64,000 nucleotides of DNA, from NCBI RefSeq assembly GCF_001949145.1, contig NW_019091357.1:1058671-1122670 (forward strand). The letters are read 5' to 3'. Below the pieces are notes generated by a model. That model worked only from the letters and a program-made list of their open reading frames with translations. It was not told the origin of the DNA and did not search any database. This document shows, in pieces, positions 13,701 through 27,006 of the stretch (position 1 is its first letter; each line of letters starts with the position of its first letter). The translations under genes and the position numbers were made by a program. The stretch comes from Acanthaster planci. Taxonomy: Eukaryota.

Positions 13701-16700
13701 TGTTTTTTGAAACAGAAATGGCAAATGTTGGAGACAGTCTTAACACAGATTACCAGTATTGTAAAAACTAGTAGATTTTCTCAACTTTTTAGATGAACTC
13801 AAGAAACTTCTTCTCATCATCGGTGGTTCTATCGGCGTGGCCTTGGTGGCTATCTTCATCATCTTCGTCATTGTGTATCGAGTAGCCAAAAAGAGAAAAC
13901 AGAAGGCAAACAGTCGATACTACAACTTCAAGAAGAAGAAGAAGTAAGTTCAAAATCAATCTGTCTGCGTATAGACATTCCCAGAACGGCTCTCGAAATT
14001 GAACGAGCATAATGTTTTGACAATTTTGGTTAATTTGAAACTAGTCTTTTCTTCCGATTTCTCTAATTCAACTCGACTGGTGGTTTGTCCCATTGTTAAT
14101 AAAAGCTTTGACAAGGAGATTTCCACCCTAAATTAACTTGATTGAACAATGTGGATTCACCTTTAAGTTTTTTCCCCATTCCCGTCAATGCAGTGCTTCA
14201 TTGTATTACAAATGCGTCGCTTCATGTTTCATTATAAATGTGTGTCTTTGTTTGCAAAGCGCAGGGTAAATAACAAAGTCCACATCATTTAACAAAAATC
14301 TAGAATTGCTGACAAGGCAAAGTTATTGACAGCCGCGGGAGTAAAGCGAACATGCTTATCAGGTTTAGTCTTTTTTTTTTTTCAAAGAAAAACAGGGAAA
14401 ATTCTAGATGGGTATTGACTCCATTTCTTTATTTACACTGTCGGTTTACGTTGCCAGTCATGTAGATAATTATGGAGTAGATGTGTACCAAATCATGTCA
14501 ATGCCTCCGGCTCAAACAATCAAAACCACCGAAATCATTGTCCATAACCGCAAATCCAGGCTCAAACTAAAGCCACCGGATGCAGGAGAGGCCACGAATG
14601 TACAGGACGATTTCCATCTTGACTTTCAAAAGAGAATTACATTGCTTCTGACGTAGCGTCACCCCCTCACGTCATCACTAATTTAATTTCTTATTTTCAG
14701 GTCGGTGGACCCTTGAGGTGTTTTCGCACTGCATGCGGTGTTCTCAAAATACAGCCGTTCAAATTGTCATGAATTATCCTGGAATACGGTTCCAAAGGCG
14801 TGGAGGGGTATTTTAAATTGCAATCTGGTTTTGTTTTGCCACTTTGGAAATTTTTGACGTAGGCCTATTGGTCTGTTGAGGAAAATTTGTCCGAAATCTG
14901 GGCAGACAAAATCGGCCGATCTGTTTCGTAAACATCATGCTAAAAATGTTAACGTGTTGGAAACGTGGGGCAATTATGACTCAGATTTCGGTCAAGAATG
15001 AAATTGGGTTCAGCGTCTGCTTGAGCAAAACCTACACAGGGGCGGCCCTGGAATTATTTTCCCAGGGGGTCAGGGTAATCCGATTTGCTATGTCCGATTG
15101 TTTTACCGTTACCGTATGTCATTATTTTTTTTCTGTTTTGGGGGAGAGGCATCGGAGCAGCAAGATTGCCCCCTCCCCGGATTCCTGCTTGCTTCAAGTA
15201 CCTACAGTTGTATTTTGATGTCACAGATTATAGGGTTACAATTGGCGTTGTGTGCTAGAGGTTTGGGGTGGTACACGTTTAGGGATAGAGCTGGGGTTAA
15301 TCATTCATGCTGGCGCTGCGACTCATTTCTCTTTTACGTATCTTATTTTGATCGCTTCTCCGTAAAGTAATGGCTCATTCAGTCGGCAATGACTCATTAA
15401 TTTTAGAGGCCGGTGTAAACAAATATTTTGCCAAAGGTGTCAGTCCATCAACATCCTGACACCAATACGAAGAGGGACCCTGGATAAGTTTTTCAGGCGT
15501 GTAACATTTGATAGGAGCGGAGGTAATGCATCAAGTTACATGTCAGGTGATGTTTTGCTCCAACGGTGCTCACGATAGGAAACAGGCTGTTACCATCATG
15601 AGCAGAATGCTTGGTACCCATGATGCATCTGCACAAAATGTGACATCAGCAGGGGAAATAAGAAATCCAAATGTAAAACAGATTGTGCTTTATAGATACA
15701 TGTAATTCGCCTATTGCTTCCCACCTTGAATGTCTTAGTATAATTTGCAACTGTAATTCTCAAAGTTCCCATCGCAAATTTTCGAAAACGAAATTTTACT
15801 TTAATTTTGTGTAAGACACATGAAAAGAACTATAATTGAAGAGCTTGCGAAGATCTCTTCGTGTCGGTACGTCCACCATTGAAAGTATATGAAGAATTCA
15901 GACTGCACAAGTCCTTGTCAATACTGAATATGGCATAATTCAGACATACCCAACCGCACAATATTTATTGTTGGTTTTACTGTTGTTCGATTGCGCTCAG
16001 CATAGAATGCGTTGGTCGGGTCGTGTTGAATATACACATGACCTCATGTAGGCCGCCTAAACCGAATGTTATTTCTGGTCACGTGATATGATTTATTGGG
16101 AGCGTGACACTGCATTTAAATATGTTTTCACGGTATAGCTCATAGAGGTGGATAAAAGCAAACACAAGCTTAGTTTAGACTGAGTGTGTATTGTTGGAGA
16201 TTGGAATCGCATCAATAGTATAACCTTGAGACGCGTCAAAACCGACGGTCTCGACAAAACAATGATCTCTCTGGGTCATGTCTGTGACCTTTTCACTGAA
16301 GCGGTAAAACCAGTTGCCCATCTGAAATTTAAACAGATGTCCATTGGATAGTTATAAGTTCAATCACTACACGAAATCGTGTAAAAACATTCGCTTTTCT
16401 CACAGAATGAAAAAAATGGTAAATGTCTAGTTGGTTGTTCGAAGTTATCACAAATCCGGAATTATCAAGCAGTACTGGCTCTTCTGGCTAAAAGGGAATT
16501 TATCTGTGTAAAAGAAAATAACAGCGTCGTTTTCGTCCATAACAGCGCCAGTTGTCTCCCTAAATGGTGCGTGAAAAACACATCCCTGTTTTGACATTTT
16601 TTAGTCTTCCAGTGATTTCCCAGGGGCGTTCCACCTTGTCAAAACAACTCTGAGAATCGCTGAGGTCAAAGTGGGGTCAATCTGCAAGCCCCCAGCAAAT

Positions 16701-17674
16701 GATGCTGATGTTAAGTGCTTGTAGTTCTTGTGTGTCTTTCCAATCCACACTATCCGCGGATTCTCCTGTAATTATATTCTCCGAACCCAATAATACCAAC
16801 TCCCATCATTATAAGGTCGAGCTCAGTTTGTTTGTATTTCTGTCATTTCCGATAAAATCGTAATATTTGTTCACACTAGTGAAATCCCATACGGACTCAG
16901 AATGGGAAATGGAACGGGGTCCCACAAAGTCGAAAATGACGAGTTCATGATTTCTGTTTTTTTTCTGAGCATTGGATGAAGGTTTAAAGGGACTCTTTCA
17001 AATTTTATCTTCTCCTTCAAACACAAGTGCAGAATGTATATTGTGAAATGAGTAATTTTCTATATTTTTGCACTGCAGAAAAAAGCACACTAGATAAGTT
17101 AGCTTGGCCTAATTATAATTTTCTTATTTTTGTGTCGAGGTCTAACTACGAGAAAGTTCTGCATCTTCAGGAATATTACGGGGAGTTGGACACCGAAAAT
17201 TCCCCAGTTGGTACTGGTGCTGGTTGGGTGTTCCAAGAGAACGATCCCGACGCTAATAAGACGATCACGCTGGAACTCGGCCCCAAAGAGAAGGAGAAAC
17301 CGGCCAGCCGCTCTGGTAAGAGATCCCAAAACCGGAACAAAAACAAGAACAACCGGAACAAGAGCGCGGTCGGCCGGGGAAACTACCAGGTCCTTGCCGA
17401 GATGTTCCCCACGCGTGGCGTCCCGCCCGACGTCCTGCTGACGGCAGATGGTACAGTGCATAGCAACAGCGAGGACGAGGAGGGCACCATCATGGATACA
17501 AGTTTCGGCCCGGTGATGATGGAGCCTGAGGACCAATCAGACGGCTTGGCTGTTACTGATAGGCTATCGCCAAAGGACTCCTTTAACAGCGGCGGGAGGA
17601 CCTCCTGGCCAGCGTGGAATAATAGACCGTATGTAACGATCCGACCTGAGGAGGAAACTGTGGTTGAACTGTAA
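10711..17674 (+). CDS. Mucin-like (Thr/Ser/Pro-rich, many N-x-S/T sequons) type I membrane protein, ~485 aa
   Basis: Exons 10711-10789 (MEQRARRLYRQEHSGIASACALALWT, which joins C-AYFMVHVSA to form a signal-peptide-like segment; donor gtaagt), 12874-13566 (mucin stalk), 13793-13943 (TM LLLIIGGSIGVALVAIFIIFVIVY plus KKRKQK) and 17140-17674 (tail). Total 1458 nt in frame. Additional small exons in the long last intron cannot be excluded. Confidence 0.75.
11830..12060 (-). mobile_element. Degenerate tRNA-derived SINE remnant
   Basis: The minus strand reads GTTCGATCC (B-box-like) followed by ...gtcgttgcgttatcttcaggaagacattgaacc..., resembling a SINE core segment; boundaries approximate. Confidence 0.35.
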
Positions 17675-18952
17675 CCATTGACCTGTTTCGCCTATTGCAT
17701 AATCCCGAATGACGTAAGAGCTATTTTTAACATTGCTAAGGTAGTAAATTTATTTCCTTACTGCTTGCCTGGTTTGCTCAGATCTAGTTTTTACATCAAA
17801 ATACCAACCTCGTTTTCTCGAGGTGCCGTGAATGGGTTTTAAAAGCTTATTGTGACATTCTAAAGGGGGATTTCAATAATTTCTAAATCCGTCTTCGACA
17901 TATCTGTAGAGTGGGCTATCAATAATTCCGCACACATGATATAGTTTAGGTGGCCTACGCGTTGAACATTCAGCAAAGTACTGAAGAAAAACGAGTGGAA
18001 CTGACATTGATATGCATCCTAGATTGTTTATAGCCCCGGCGTCCCGGCTCTTGGAGCCCACTAATGCGCTAACAAATGCCTAGATGCAAGTTTTGTGGGC
18101 GGACTGTCAAAGATAAGTTCAGAGCTTGCAGCACGAGAATTTAAGACAAAAGAGGAGTTATCCTTTCGAAAACTTCCACAGAAATTTCTGTAAGCTTCAA
18201 CTAGATCTTTCGTTTATTTGTATATATATTTTTTTTTTCATTATTTTCAAATTTGTATGGAAACCTGAATTACAACAACATGCACGCGTGCGTGTACCTT
18301 TCAGACGTAGCGCCACTTTGACCCTGTAAACACACTGTAAAGTGCAATAATCAAATTAAGGAGCACAAACCTACTCATTAAAGAGGTCTGTGGTTTTCAA
18401 GGGTAATCCCGGGTTAGCCACAAATAGCGTTTGGCACGCGTCTTACGGTTTTGTTTATGAGATTCGAGCTGGACCAATAGAGGGCGCAATTTTCTTAGCA
18501 ATGGACCGAGGCTCGTTTGGTCGGAACTGAACTTTGCTGATTCACAAACGACTATTTCACGCACGCCTTACGGTCCCATCGCTGCCAAAATAACTAAATA
18601 AAAATACTGATTAATGTGGCTCTTTTCATCTGATGGGGGTGCCTCTGCTTGAGAAGGATAATTGCCTAAACTTTTAATCTTTAAACCTCAAAATTTATAA
18701 ATTTTGCAAGCATTTGCAAAAGATCAACTTCAGGCGAATAAATCCATCTTTGAAATAACTTTGAGCGACTTGTATATATTTGCTGAAAAGAAAGGTTTCC
18801 GTGCTTATGAATTTGAGGCTCCTTTAAATAAAGAAATCATCGCCAAGTCCATAAACTTTTAAAGATGTTGCTACTAGACGTGCATGTTTGAGTTAGTCAT
18901 GTGGATATTATTAACTTTTGTTTTAACAGGGTGAAATATGAGTTTCGATGAA

Positions 18953-19431
18953 TTAATGGGACCATGCAATATAATTTTTTCATTGCAACCTTCGAAATTT
19001 TCAAGTTTTGTTTTTCAATTGAATCTGTGTTTTGGAACCTTTTTCGTTTTCATGCAGCTGCCAATTTGCATATTCATAAGCAAATCTGTGATGTCATCCT
19101 AGGCACTGAAGTGCAGTGAATTGTGCACAATAACTGCTGAATTTCGTTGTACTTTTCTGTAGTATTCTTGGCAGTAGATATATGGCAATAAGCGAGCAAC
19201 CTCTTCCCAGCAATATTTTCAAAAAGAAAAATTTTGGGATTAAAACATGAACATGAAAACTGCAGTTTTTACCTAATTTATATCACAGCAACATTGCCCT
19301 CACTTGTCCAGATTCCGGAAAAGCTTGGATACTTTTCAATAAAGTTAAATCCAAAAGGATTCATACATTAAGGAAGAGTATAAAATGCATGCAAATTTTG
19401 TCCTAGAAAATGAATTGCATGGATCCTTTAA
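18953..19431. mobile_element. TTAA-flanked non-autonomous DNA element (Kolobok/piggyBac-type MITE)
   Basis: ttaa|tgggaccatgcaat ... attgcatggatcct|ttaa imperfect TIRs. The internal segment atttgcatattcataagcaaatctgtgatgtcatcc is shared with the elements at 37914-38466 and 41474-42060. Confidence 0.55.
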
Positions 19432-19735
19432 TAAATGGCTAAGCCTTATTCTAATCAAGAGAATCTAAATATTTCTAGTGTTACTTTTTTGTACAATTTT
19501 ATTATTTTTTAATGATTTTTTACGACAAATTAATCAGCATATTTGCAAACGAAAATACAAGTTTAATTCACTTTAATTTTATGGCTGAGAACTTTGGCAA
19601 CATTTTTTGCTTCGTATTTTTGGTGAAGGAAAAACAACTGGCCACTATATAGACCTGGAACAAGAATCAGGAGCCATCACTACAGTGTCCCCACGCGTGC
19701 GAACAAGAGATGCGATTTTATGCTTCCCCTTCAGC

Positions 19736-19913
19736 CAATACGGCCGTTTCACAATAGTGCGCCTCCAAGAGTTTGCAACGTGTTGGCCAATCACAACGCT
19801 CGAAATTTGTCTACCCAATGCGCGTTAAGAAATGGTCGACAAATTTCGCGCGTTATGATTGGCCAGCGTGTTGCAAACTCTTCGTGGCGCACTATTTTGA
19901 ATCGCCCGTATTG
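19736..19913. repeat. Imperfect ~180-bp palindrome (fold-back MITE-like); partial second copy at ~34618-34748
   Basis: ccaatacggc..aatagtgcgcctccaagagtttgcaacgtgttggccaatcacaacgc..gaaatttgtc pairs with gacaaatttc..gcgttatgattggccagcgtgttgcaaactcttcgtggcgcactatt..gcccgtattgg. The core cgcctccaagagtttgcaacg recurs at ~34627. Confidence 0.7.
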
Positions 19914-21239
19914 GAGCGCACCATGCGCTCTGCTAACCCAAATCGTTCAGCATAGGAATGCGCACCTGAGTGACGGGGACACCACAGTAATGGCTTCAGC
20001 GAATCCGTCTATACTTCTGTCTCTTTCAATAGACAATACAACCACGAGTGAAAAGAGTTTCCCTTGACAACAGGTGCATTACCCTGAGGAAATCAAACCG
20101 TTTTTAATTAATTTTTTAAATTTAACAATTATCTCGTGGGTACGGAAAATTGCAAACGGTCAAGAATTGCTTTTCGATGTTTGCCTACTTAACATATAAA
20201 TCTGTGCTTTTGTTATCAACTCCTTTGACTGTGCAAGGTGCAAGGCTAATTTGAATTACAATAGGAATAACGCTAGAAGTGTTTTAGACGCCACTCCATC
20301 ACTTGCGCTTCAAGCTTGCTCGCAAACGAACAGCAGGGACGGCCATTGTGGAATATCGCTGCCTGTAGTGCTCCACCATCAACCTCCACCATGGACATGC
20401 ACACAAGCTCGACTTTCTGCTGCATTTGTACCGCTACGATTCGACAGAGGGAAATGTTGACCTGTCATTGATCTTGCAGCTACAACTTGCATCGTGTTCC
20501 CTACCCCCTGCTCAAACCCCATGCTGTCTGACATGAGTACGAGAAACTGTACGAGAGATCTGGACTTGAAGGTTAGTCACTTGTCTTTATCTACATCTAG
20601 GCCTACACATATTGTAAGCAATGTGACGACAAAGAAAGTCCAGCACGTGTATGTGTCACAGTAGCTTAAAACTCTTGATGTGCAGTTGAATTTAAAATCA
20701 TAATCCCCCTCCTGCTGATTCTTGAGTGAATATTTTTTACAACAGCGTGCGAAGCTTTTTATGTTGAACAGAAATCAGGCATCATACACCAGTCTTCTGC
20801 AGTTCAAACATTCGCTGTCATACAACGAGTGACCGTGCGCAGAGAATCAAAACTTATTTAAGGCAGTTTTCATTCAAGACGCAGATGAAATATTTATTTA
20901 CATCGTGTCTTGCGACCTTCTGAGCTACAGTTTACGCCTCCTGTGTACTTTTATTTGCCAATTCATGGTGAAAATGCACTACAAACTTAACTTTAAAATA
21001 TGACACAAGTGCTGCTGATACAAAATTTTAACTCTGGAAAAAAAAGAGAAATTGTCCCAAGATATAAATGGTCCAACTTTGTGTTGAAGCAAACTGCAAT
21101 GAGAAACAGGTCGAAAAAGCCCAGAAACACTAGATCTTTGATGAAACCGCCGAAGGGCCTACATAGTTTCATAATCCCTGTGTTCTCCTCAATTTGATCG
21201 TTTTTACATTTTGAAGTGGCGTTCATTTCGCACATTTTT

Positions 21240-22804
21240 TCATGTAACTTTTGGCGAGAAGCTTGTGTTTTCGTACACCGCATCTGCAAAGTTTTCGGGA
21301 GCAGCAGTGAACGATGGGTTATCCAGTTGGAGCTCGTCGCCACGGTGATGAACTTGGACACTTGGCTGCCGACCCTCTTGCGGCACAGACTGTCCAATCA
21401 TAAAAGCGCCTTGCCGTTGAGGGCAGCGTTCCAATGCATCATCCAGGTCTGACATGCGGTAGTCGATAGTTAGTATCTTCTTCGGCGATTCCGTCTTGGG
21501 TTTCTTTGTCCTTGAGGAGATACATCCTCCTCTGTAGGGAAAATAAATCCAGAAATTCATTGGATTTGTTATTTAAAGCATTCCTGTTTGGTTTCAAATC
21601 CAGTTGGAGTTTATTTTGGCGAGCCTGAATGGCAACATTTTTCTCCTTAGGTCATTGACTGGCTTTTTCGCGCCTTTGGTAATTTCTGTGTAATGACATT
21701 GTTCTGACCAATCGAGAGCCAAAAGCTTGAATTGATTCAGAACTGGTTAAAAATTGTGGAAAAAAGGGAAATAATGTTTTTTGTTGTTTCTCAACTTAGT
21801 GAACTACACATTCTGGAATTAAAGACGTATTCTTCAAAAATGTTAAAAAAAAAAGAAGTAGAAATGGGAAGAAATATGCCAAGTATTGAGAAAAACCATG
21901 CTTATGCTTCCTTGTACTGTGTTCCTTAGACATGTTCCAGGTTATTGCTTTGATATCTCAAATACCTGTTGGCTATTATGTCGCTAAACTACGCCCCCGG
22001 CGTATAGCTTTTTCGAACGTGTACTTGACAGTAGACTCATTTATAAGCCTCTATCAATTCTGTTTGGTTTCTCTATAACACTCTTTTTCCTTTCACGTGT
22101 GTACTTTTTCGTGAACTCTTCTGTTTTGTCTCTCATCTCATTTTTCCGGAAATATTGGAAGACCATTCCCCAAACCTGCAAAAGTGCTGATGTCGGTGTA
22201 TGTGCGTGAACATAGAAGTGATAACCTCTAGTGTACATATAGCCTATAGCTGATGGACACGTATTTCAAGTCCATCCAGCTGATCCAGTTTGCATTTTAA
22301 TCTATACCAGGGAGACTGGTGCCCAATATGTCTTTTTAACCCTACAAAAATTCCCTTCAGTTACAAGGGAGGCATTCTCAACAAGACCGCATCTTGCAAA
22401 GTCTTACCTGAGTTTGGGGTGTCTGCATAGCCACACAAGCAGGATGACGAGAAGGATAGAGTTGACGACGCCTATGCACACCGAGACAATCCACAGATAA
22501 GCTGCATAGAGGAAATAACTAGGAATAACTCGTTCACCGATATTCAGCATATTCGGAAACTCGACCGACGTGCAATGCTCAACCTCATCCTCAAATCAAG
22601 ACAAAGTATAATGCCTAAAATTAAGCTGTTTTAAGCTGTTGTGTATAAAATACGAAGAATTAAGGCCTATAGAACAGATTAATATGAACCAGAAATATGA
22701 AGCAATACAGGCCATTAAATCCTGTAGGCAGCAAAGACGAAATTTCAGTTCTAACACTCACCTGACAATTCCCTTTTCAGTTGTAATACCTTACGTACCT
22801 GCAT
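21240..22804 (-). CDS. Small single-pass membrane protein (~142 aa; N-terminus uncertain)
   Basis: Minus-strand exons 22804-22762 (MQVRKVLQLKRELS, tentative), 22501-22408 (TM YLWIVSVCIGVVNSILLVILLVWLC-RHPK) and 21531-21240 (tail with DNPSF and VYENTSF). Phases 1 and 2 are consistent. A further gtaag donor at 23678 suggests an upstream exon. Confidence 0.6.
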
Positions 22805-25656
22805 ACCACTAACAGGGTATGCTCATACCGGCGTACGTATTGTGCAGTTGAACGTGCCCGTGTTTAATGGCTTTCACTGAGAGCAAAGGAAGCAAATTTC
22901 TTGCTGAAATCGTTAACCCTTGAATCCAAGATTGACCTTATGAATATTCACAGCTCATCAATATTTCTATTGCTCAAATACAAGCTCCATACACGGAAAC
23001 GAGAACAGTAATTGACCTGCACTGTACTGCTCTCTGTTTCTCTCGCGGATCACAGTTTATGCTAGCCAGTTAAAATGTGCAAGCCAGATACATAATGCAG
23101 CATTGTGAACTTTAAATTGTAGACTCCTGGTGCGTCTTTTCCTTTCTTGCACTTGTCTGGGACTTCTCACACCCTGCAGAGCCATCCAAAGTGCAGGCAC
23201 ACTCCATATTAAAGACGTGAACACGACTCCTCGAGCTCGGCTATCGAGAGTTAGTTGTACCGATTTTAAAAGCAGTTGTGCACAAACGGTATACACGTGC
23301 ATATCCTGTATTGTAATTTATGTCATCTTTGTAGTTTATCTGTCACATTACTTCCCCGTGAGGTGACCTTGGGGGTACGGCCATATCTTAAACAAAAACA
23401 TAATGACAAAGCACACGATCGGACGGTAAAATCCGCAATTGTAAATTTACCCATCATAAATATGCAAATAATTCAAGCCAAACCGTTTCAGCATTTTTGG
23501 TGACATATGCCAGACGCCTTGGTGTCCCAGCCCACGAGGAATTATCATACTAGTAAATTATTACGATCAAGTGTAGCGCGTACTGTGTATTCGTCACATT
23601 ACAATAATGCGACATTTTCACGCAGGAATGATCATATGCTATAAAACACAGAAATGGTGACACTTTTCCCCGGCTTACCTTTTTCCTCAAGTGCTATATT
23701 TGCTCTGTAGGATTTCAACCCTCCTCCCGCCCAGGCGTATTATAGATCAATGCTCCACCCCTCCTCTTTTCCGCTTAATTTCGTCTTGGCAAGTTTCACG
23801 AAAGGGGAAAATATTCGTCCAGCACACAAGACAGCAAAACAATAACAGACGTGACATGCCACAGATGTTGGTTGAGAGTGGCGCGGCATTTTCGCTCAAC
23901 ATATCAATTAGCCGAGCTTTTTTCCCCCTTGCACGTTTCTAGTCCCGTTTAACTGGACTTAGGTGTAATTTAAGATATATTGTTCAACTTATACTGCTAC
24001 ACTCACAGTGATTCGTCGCTTCTTGCGTCGGGCTGAAGGTCTGCATTATAGTTGTCGCTGTGACATTAATATCCATTGTGCTGCTGGCTCATGGGCATTA
24101 GTCGATACAACGCCATTGAGGTATTCTTGATGTACGACAAAATAGGTCCCTTTATATGCTGGTATAAACAATCCATATTGCGCTGTACATGTTTCAGTAT
24201 GGATCATATTAGTATGCGAAACCGAATGGCGTTCACTGATTTTTTTCTGAGAAATACATGTAACAGCGATGGACTTTCATTTTTCGTTTCTTGTGGCTAA
24301 AGGTTTGTCTTGATTTTTGTACTGTGCAAATGAAATCCGATCCTGGAGAGTAGACGCAATTTGTCAGGGAAATATGCAATTATAATCAATAACTCGTGAT
24401 TATTATAATTGAGCACCTGTGTCTATGAACAGTATATAAAGCACATGCTTGAATTAGACTTCAAATCTAATCGTTTGTACGGTCGTGTTTTGTTTGATTT
24501 GAAGGCTGATAACACTTGTATTCCGCGTCATTGATTTTGTCCACGCAGCGGTGAACGAGTAAAACGCTATTACCGCTAACTGCACTGAGCGAAACAGTTT
24601 CCTTCGAACAAGCAAATAACACTGAGCGCCGGGTGTGGTGCTGCCCTTTTTCTTTTTATACAGCTCTTGGAAAAGGTAACTTTGCGTCTCTTTACGCCGT
24701 AAAGGTCTCGATACGAATTTTTTATGCGGCATTTTAATTGCGCGACGTGTTGCATGCAAAATTCAACATTTTTCACCAAAGAAACAGAAATCTTCATGTG
24801 TCCCATGGCAAATTACATATTGTTATCAACGAATCAATAATCACCAAACGACAAACCGGGTAACTGCAGAGTGGCTGAGGTCAAAGCTCACAAGCTCCAC
24901 CTTTGATGTTTACCAGTACAGTTACAATGTTAAAACAAGTTTATCACCGAAAATCTGTTAAAGTTGACACAGCAAGGTACTAAACTTTTTCTTCGAGTCA
25001 CGACATAGCATTGGTTGTGAAATTTTGGCCCAGCGGTATACCTGTATCTTGAAGACTAGATTTCACATACCGGTATTACATCTCACACATATATTTTACA
25101 AAATGGTGCTACATGTATATGTAACATTTATACGTAAAGATGTTTTTGTTCTAATAAACTCATTTTTGTAAGTACTGAATAACTATAACAATCAAAAGAT
25201 ATAAGCAATTTACAACACCTTTTGTGCACGTTACCTCCTTCACTTGACTTAAAACTAGCAATGGAATATTTCTATGGATTCTTGATGAATTTTGTGCAGT
25301 TCTATTCTCTTTGCTGCATTTTAAAATTCACTGAACCTATTTTGTATAGCTACGACCAACTCTTTCTAGATTTATCGTTTACGATTAATAATTTATAATA
25401 TTTGCATCAGGACAATGATTTTCATAGACGTATTTTATTTACAAGGTATAATTCTATATGCAACATAGTTCAAACTTCTAGCAAGGGCAGTTCCAAGGGC
25501 CTCTTTTTTGAGAGGTGGGTGTTTTTTATTTCCTTCTAAATAAGTATAAAAAGCGTAAAATTATACCGTATGTGAAAAACAAGTTTGAAATTTGGTGAAC
25601 TTTAATTCTGGATCCACCCTTGCCCCTGAAGATGAGATGACATGCACCCTTCAGGT

Positions 25657-27006
25657 TCAGTGTTGCTGCAGTCCGTAGATTTTCCTACACACAGGGCAGT
25701 GCTGAATTCCCCTTCGAATGTGTAGAGCAAAAAAATCCTGCCTTGGGAAAGCGCGCTTGCACCCCTTGCAGTAAACCTCTGGAGTGTACGGTCGCTCATG
25801 CCCCGACGCTGGGAGAATACGCCAAGGCAGGAAACCGTTTCTCTCATAATCGTCGTAGGTACGGAACGAGCGAGACCGGAGATAGTCGAGAAAATTCTGT
25901 GAACCTTTCCGAAGCCGTTCCTTCTTGTCTGGGTTAGCTATCGCTCCCCGCAGCGCCCGGTACAGAGGCAAAAAACCCTGGACGTCTGCAGCGGCGTACG
26001 CTAGCAATGATGCCTCTAGAGGCCGCTTCATCCACACTGCCGTCCCTTCTCGCTCCATCTTCTCCTTGCCGGCTGCTTTGGCAGTGGTGAGGTCTTTGTC
26101 GTCCACGTAAAGCTCCAGGCATCGCAGGAAGCTGCGGAGTACCGGCTGGACGTTAATCGGAGGCCTGCTGGCAGTGGCCATAGGCTGACGCCTGCTGCCT
26201 GGCCATGACACCTGCCGTGGTTTGTCATCTTGTACTGGTTCTGGGTTAGTTTCTCGGTAGATGATCTAAACAGAAGAAATACCCCAGACCCTGACAGTTT
26301 CTCAGATTCGTTTTAGAAGGTCGAGGAAATACCTTTTTCAATATCACTTTCAGGTTTTTTTCCATGCCAAGCCTTCAGTGGTCGCAGTTATCTACACGTT
26401 TTGACAAATTTTACACAGTTTCAAACCTACCGTGCAACATTTAGCGAAAAATGTCCTCGCTATATAAGAATGCACGTTCAGGCAAATGCACCCACTTAGA
26501 GATCATATTATGGACGTCACCATAGGCTTTATGAAGCAATTAGAGCAACACTTGAATTTATAGCGCAGATAATTCTATAAAATACCAGTGCCAGTCAAAA
26601 TCTCGATAGGGTTTCAAAATTACACTAAGCAAGGTTGAAGACCTACCTGCAGAAGCTGAAGATCGAGCACATTGGTGAGTTTCACGTGGTATTGATGCCA
26701 GAGACAATCAGAGTCAGACCTACAGTCAAACATCAGCTTCTCCCGGTCGGGGTCCTGCAGTAGATCTCGTAGGCCTTCATCGAAGACTTTGGCTCCCAAG
26801 GTCTTGATGTCAAACAGGTAGGTGTGGGTCGGCAGTGCCACGGACACGAGGGACAGTTGCCCCTTGCGGCTGAGGCTTTCTCCCTCACAGTCGACGGCTA
26901 GAAATGGTGAGCTCGTCACGCCTTCACGGAGTTTGGCAAGGGCTGGCCTTATATCTGATGCTTTGTCAATGAGGTCGTAAGATGGACCTTGATAGGAGCT
27001 AGCCAT
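25657..27006 (-). CDS. EXD1/Egalitarian-like DEDDy 3'-5' exonuclease with C-terminal C4 zinc finger, copy A (322 aa)
   Basis: Exons 27006-26647 and 26265-25657 with a phase-0 GT-AG intron; gccATGG start context. Motifs: ExoI LAVDCEG, YLFDI, ExoII MFDCRSDSDCL, LTNVLDLQ, ExoIII RPL..LLAYAAADV. C-terminal CKGC-x20-CPVC. Confidence 0.88.
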
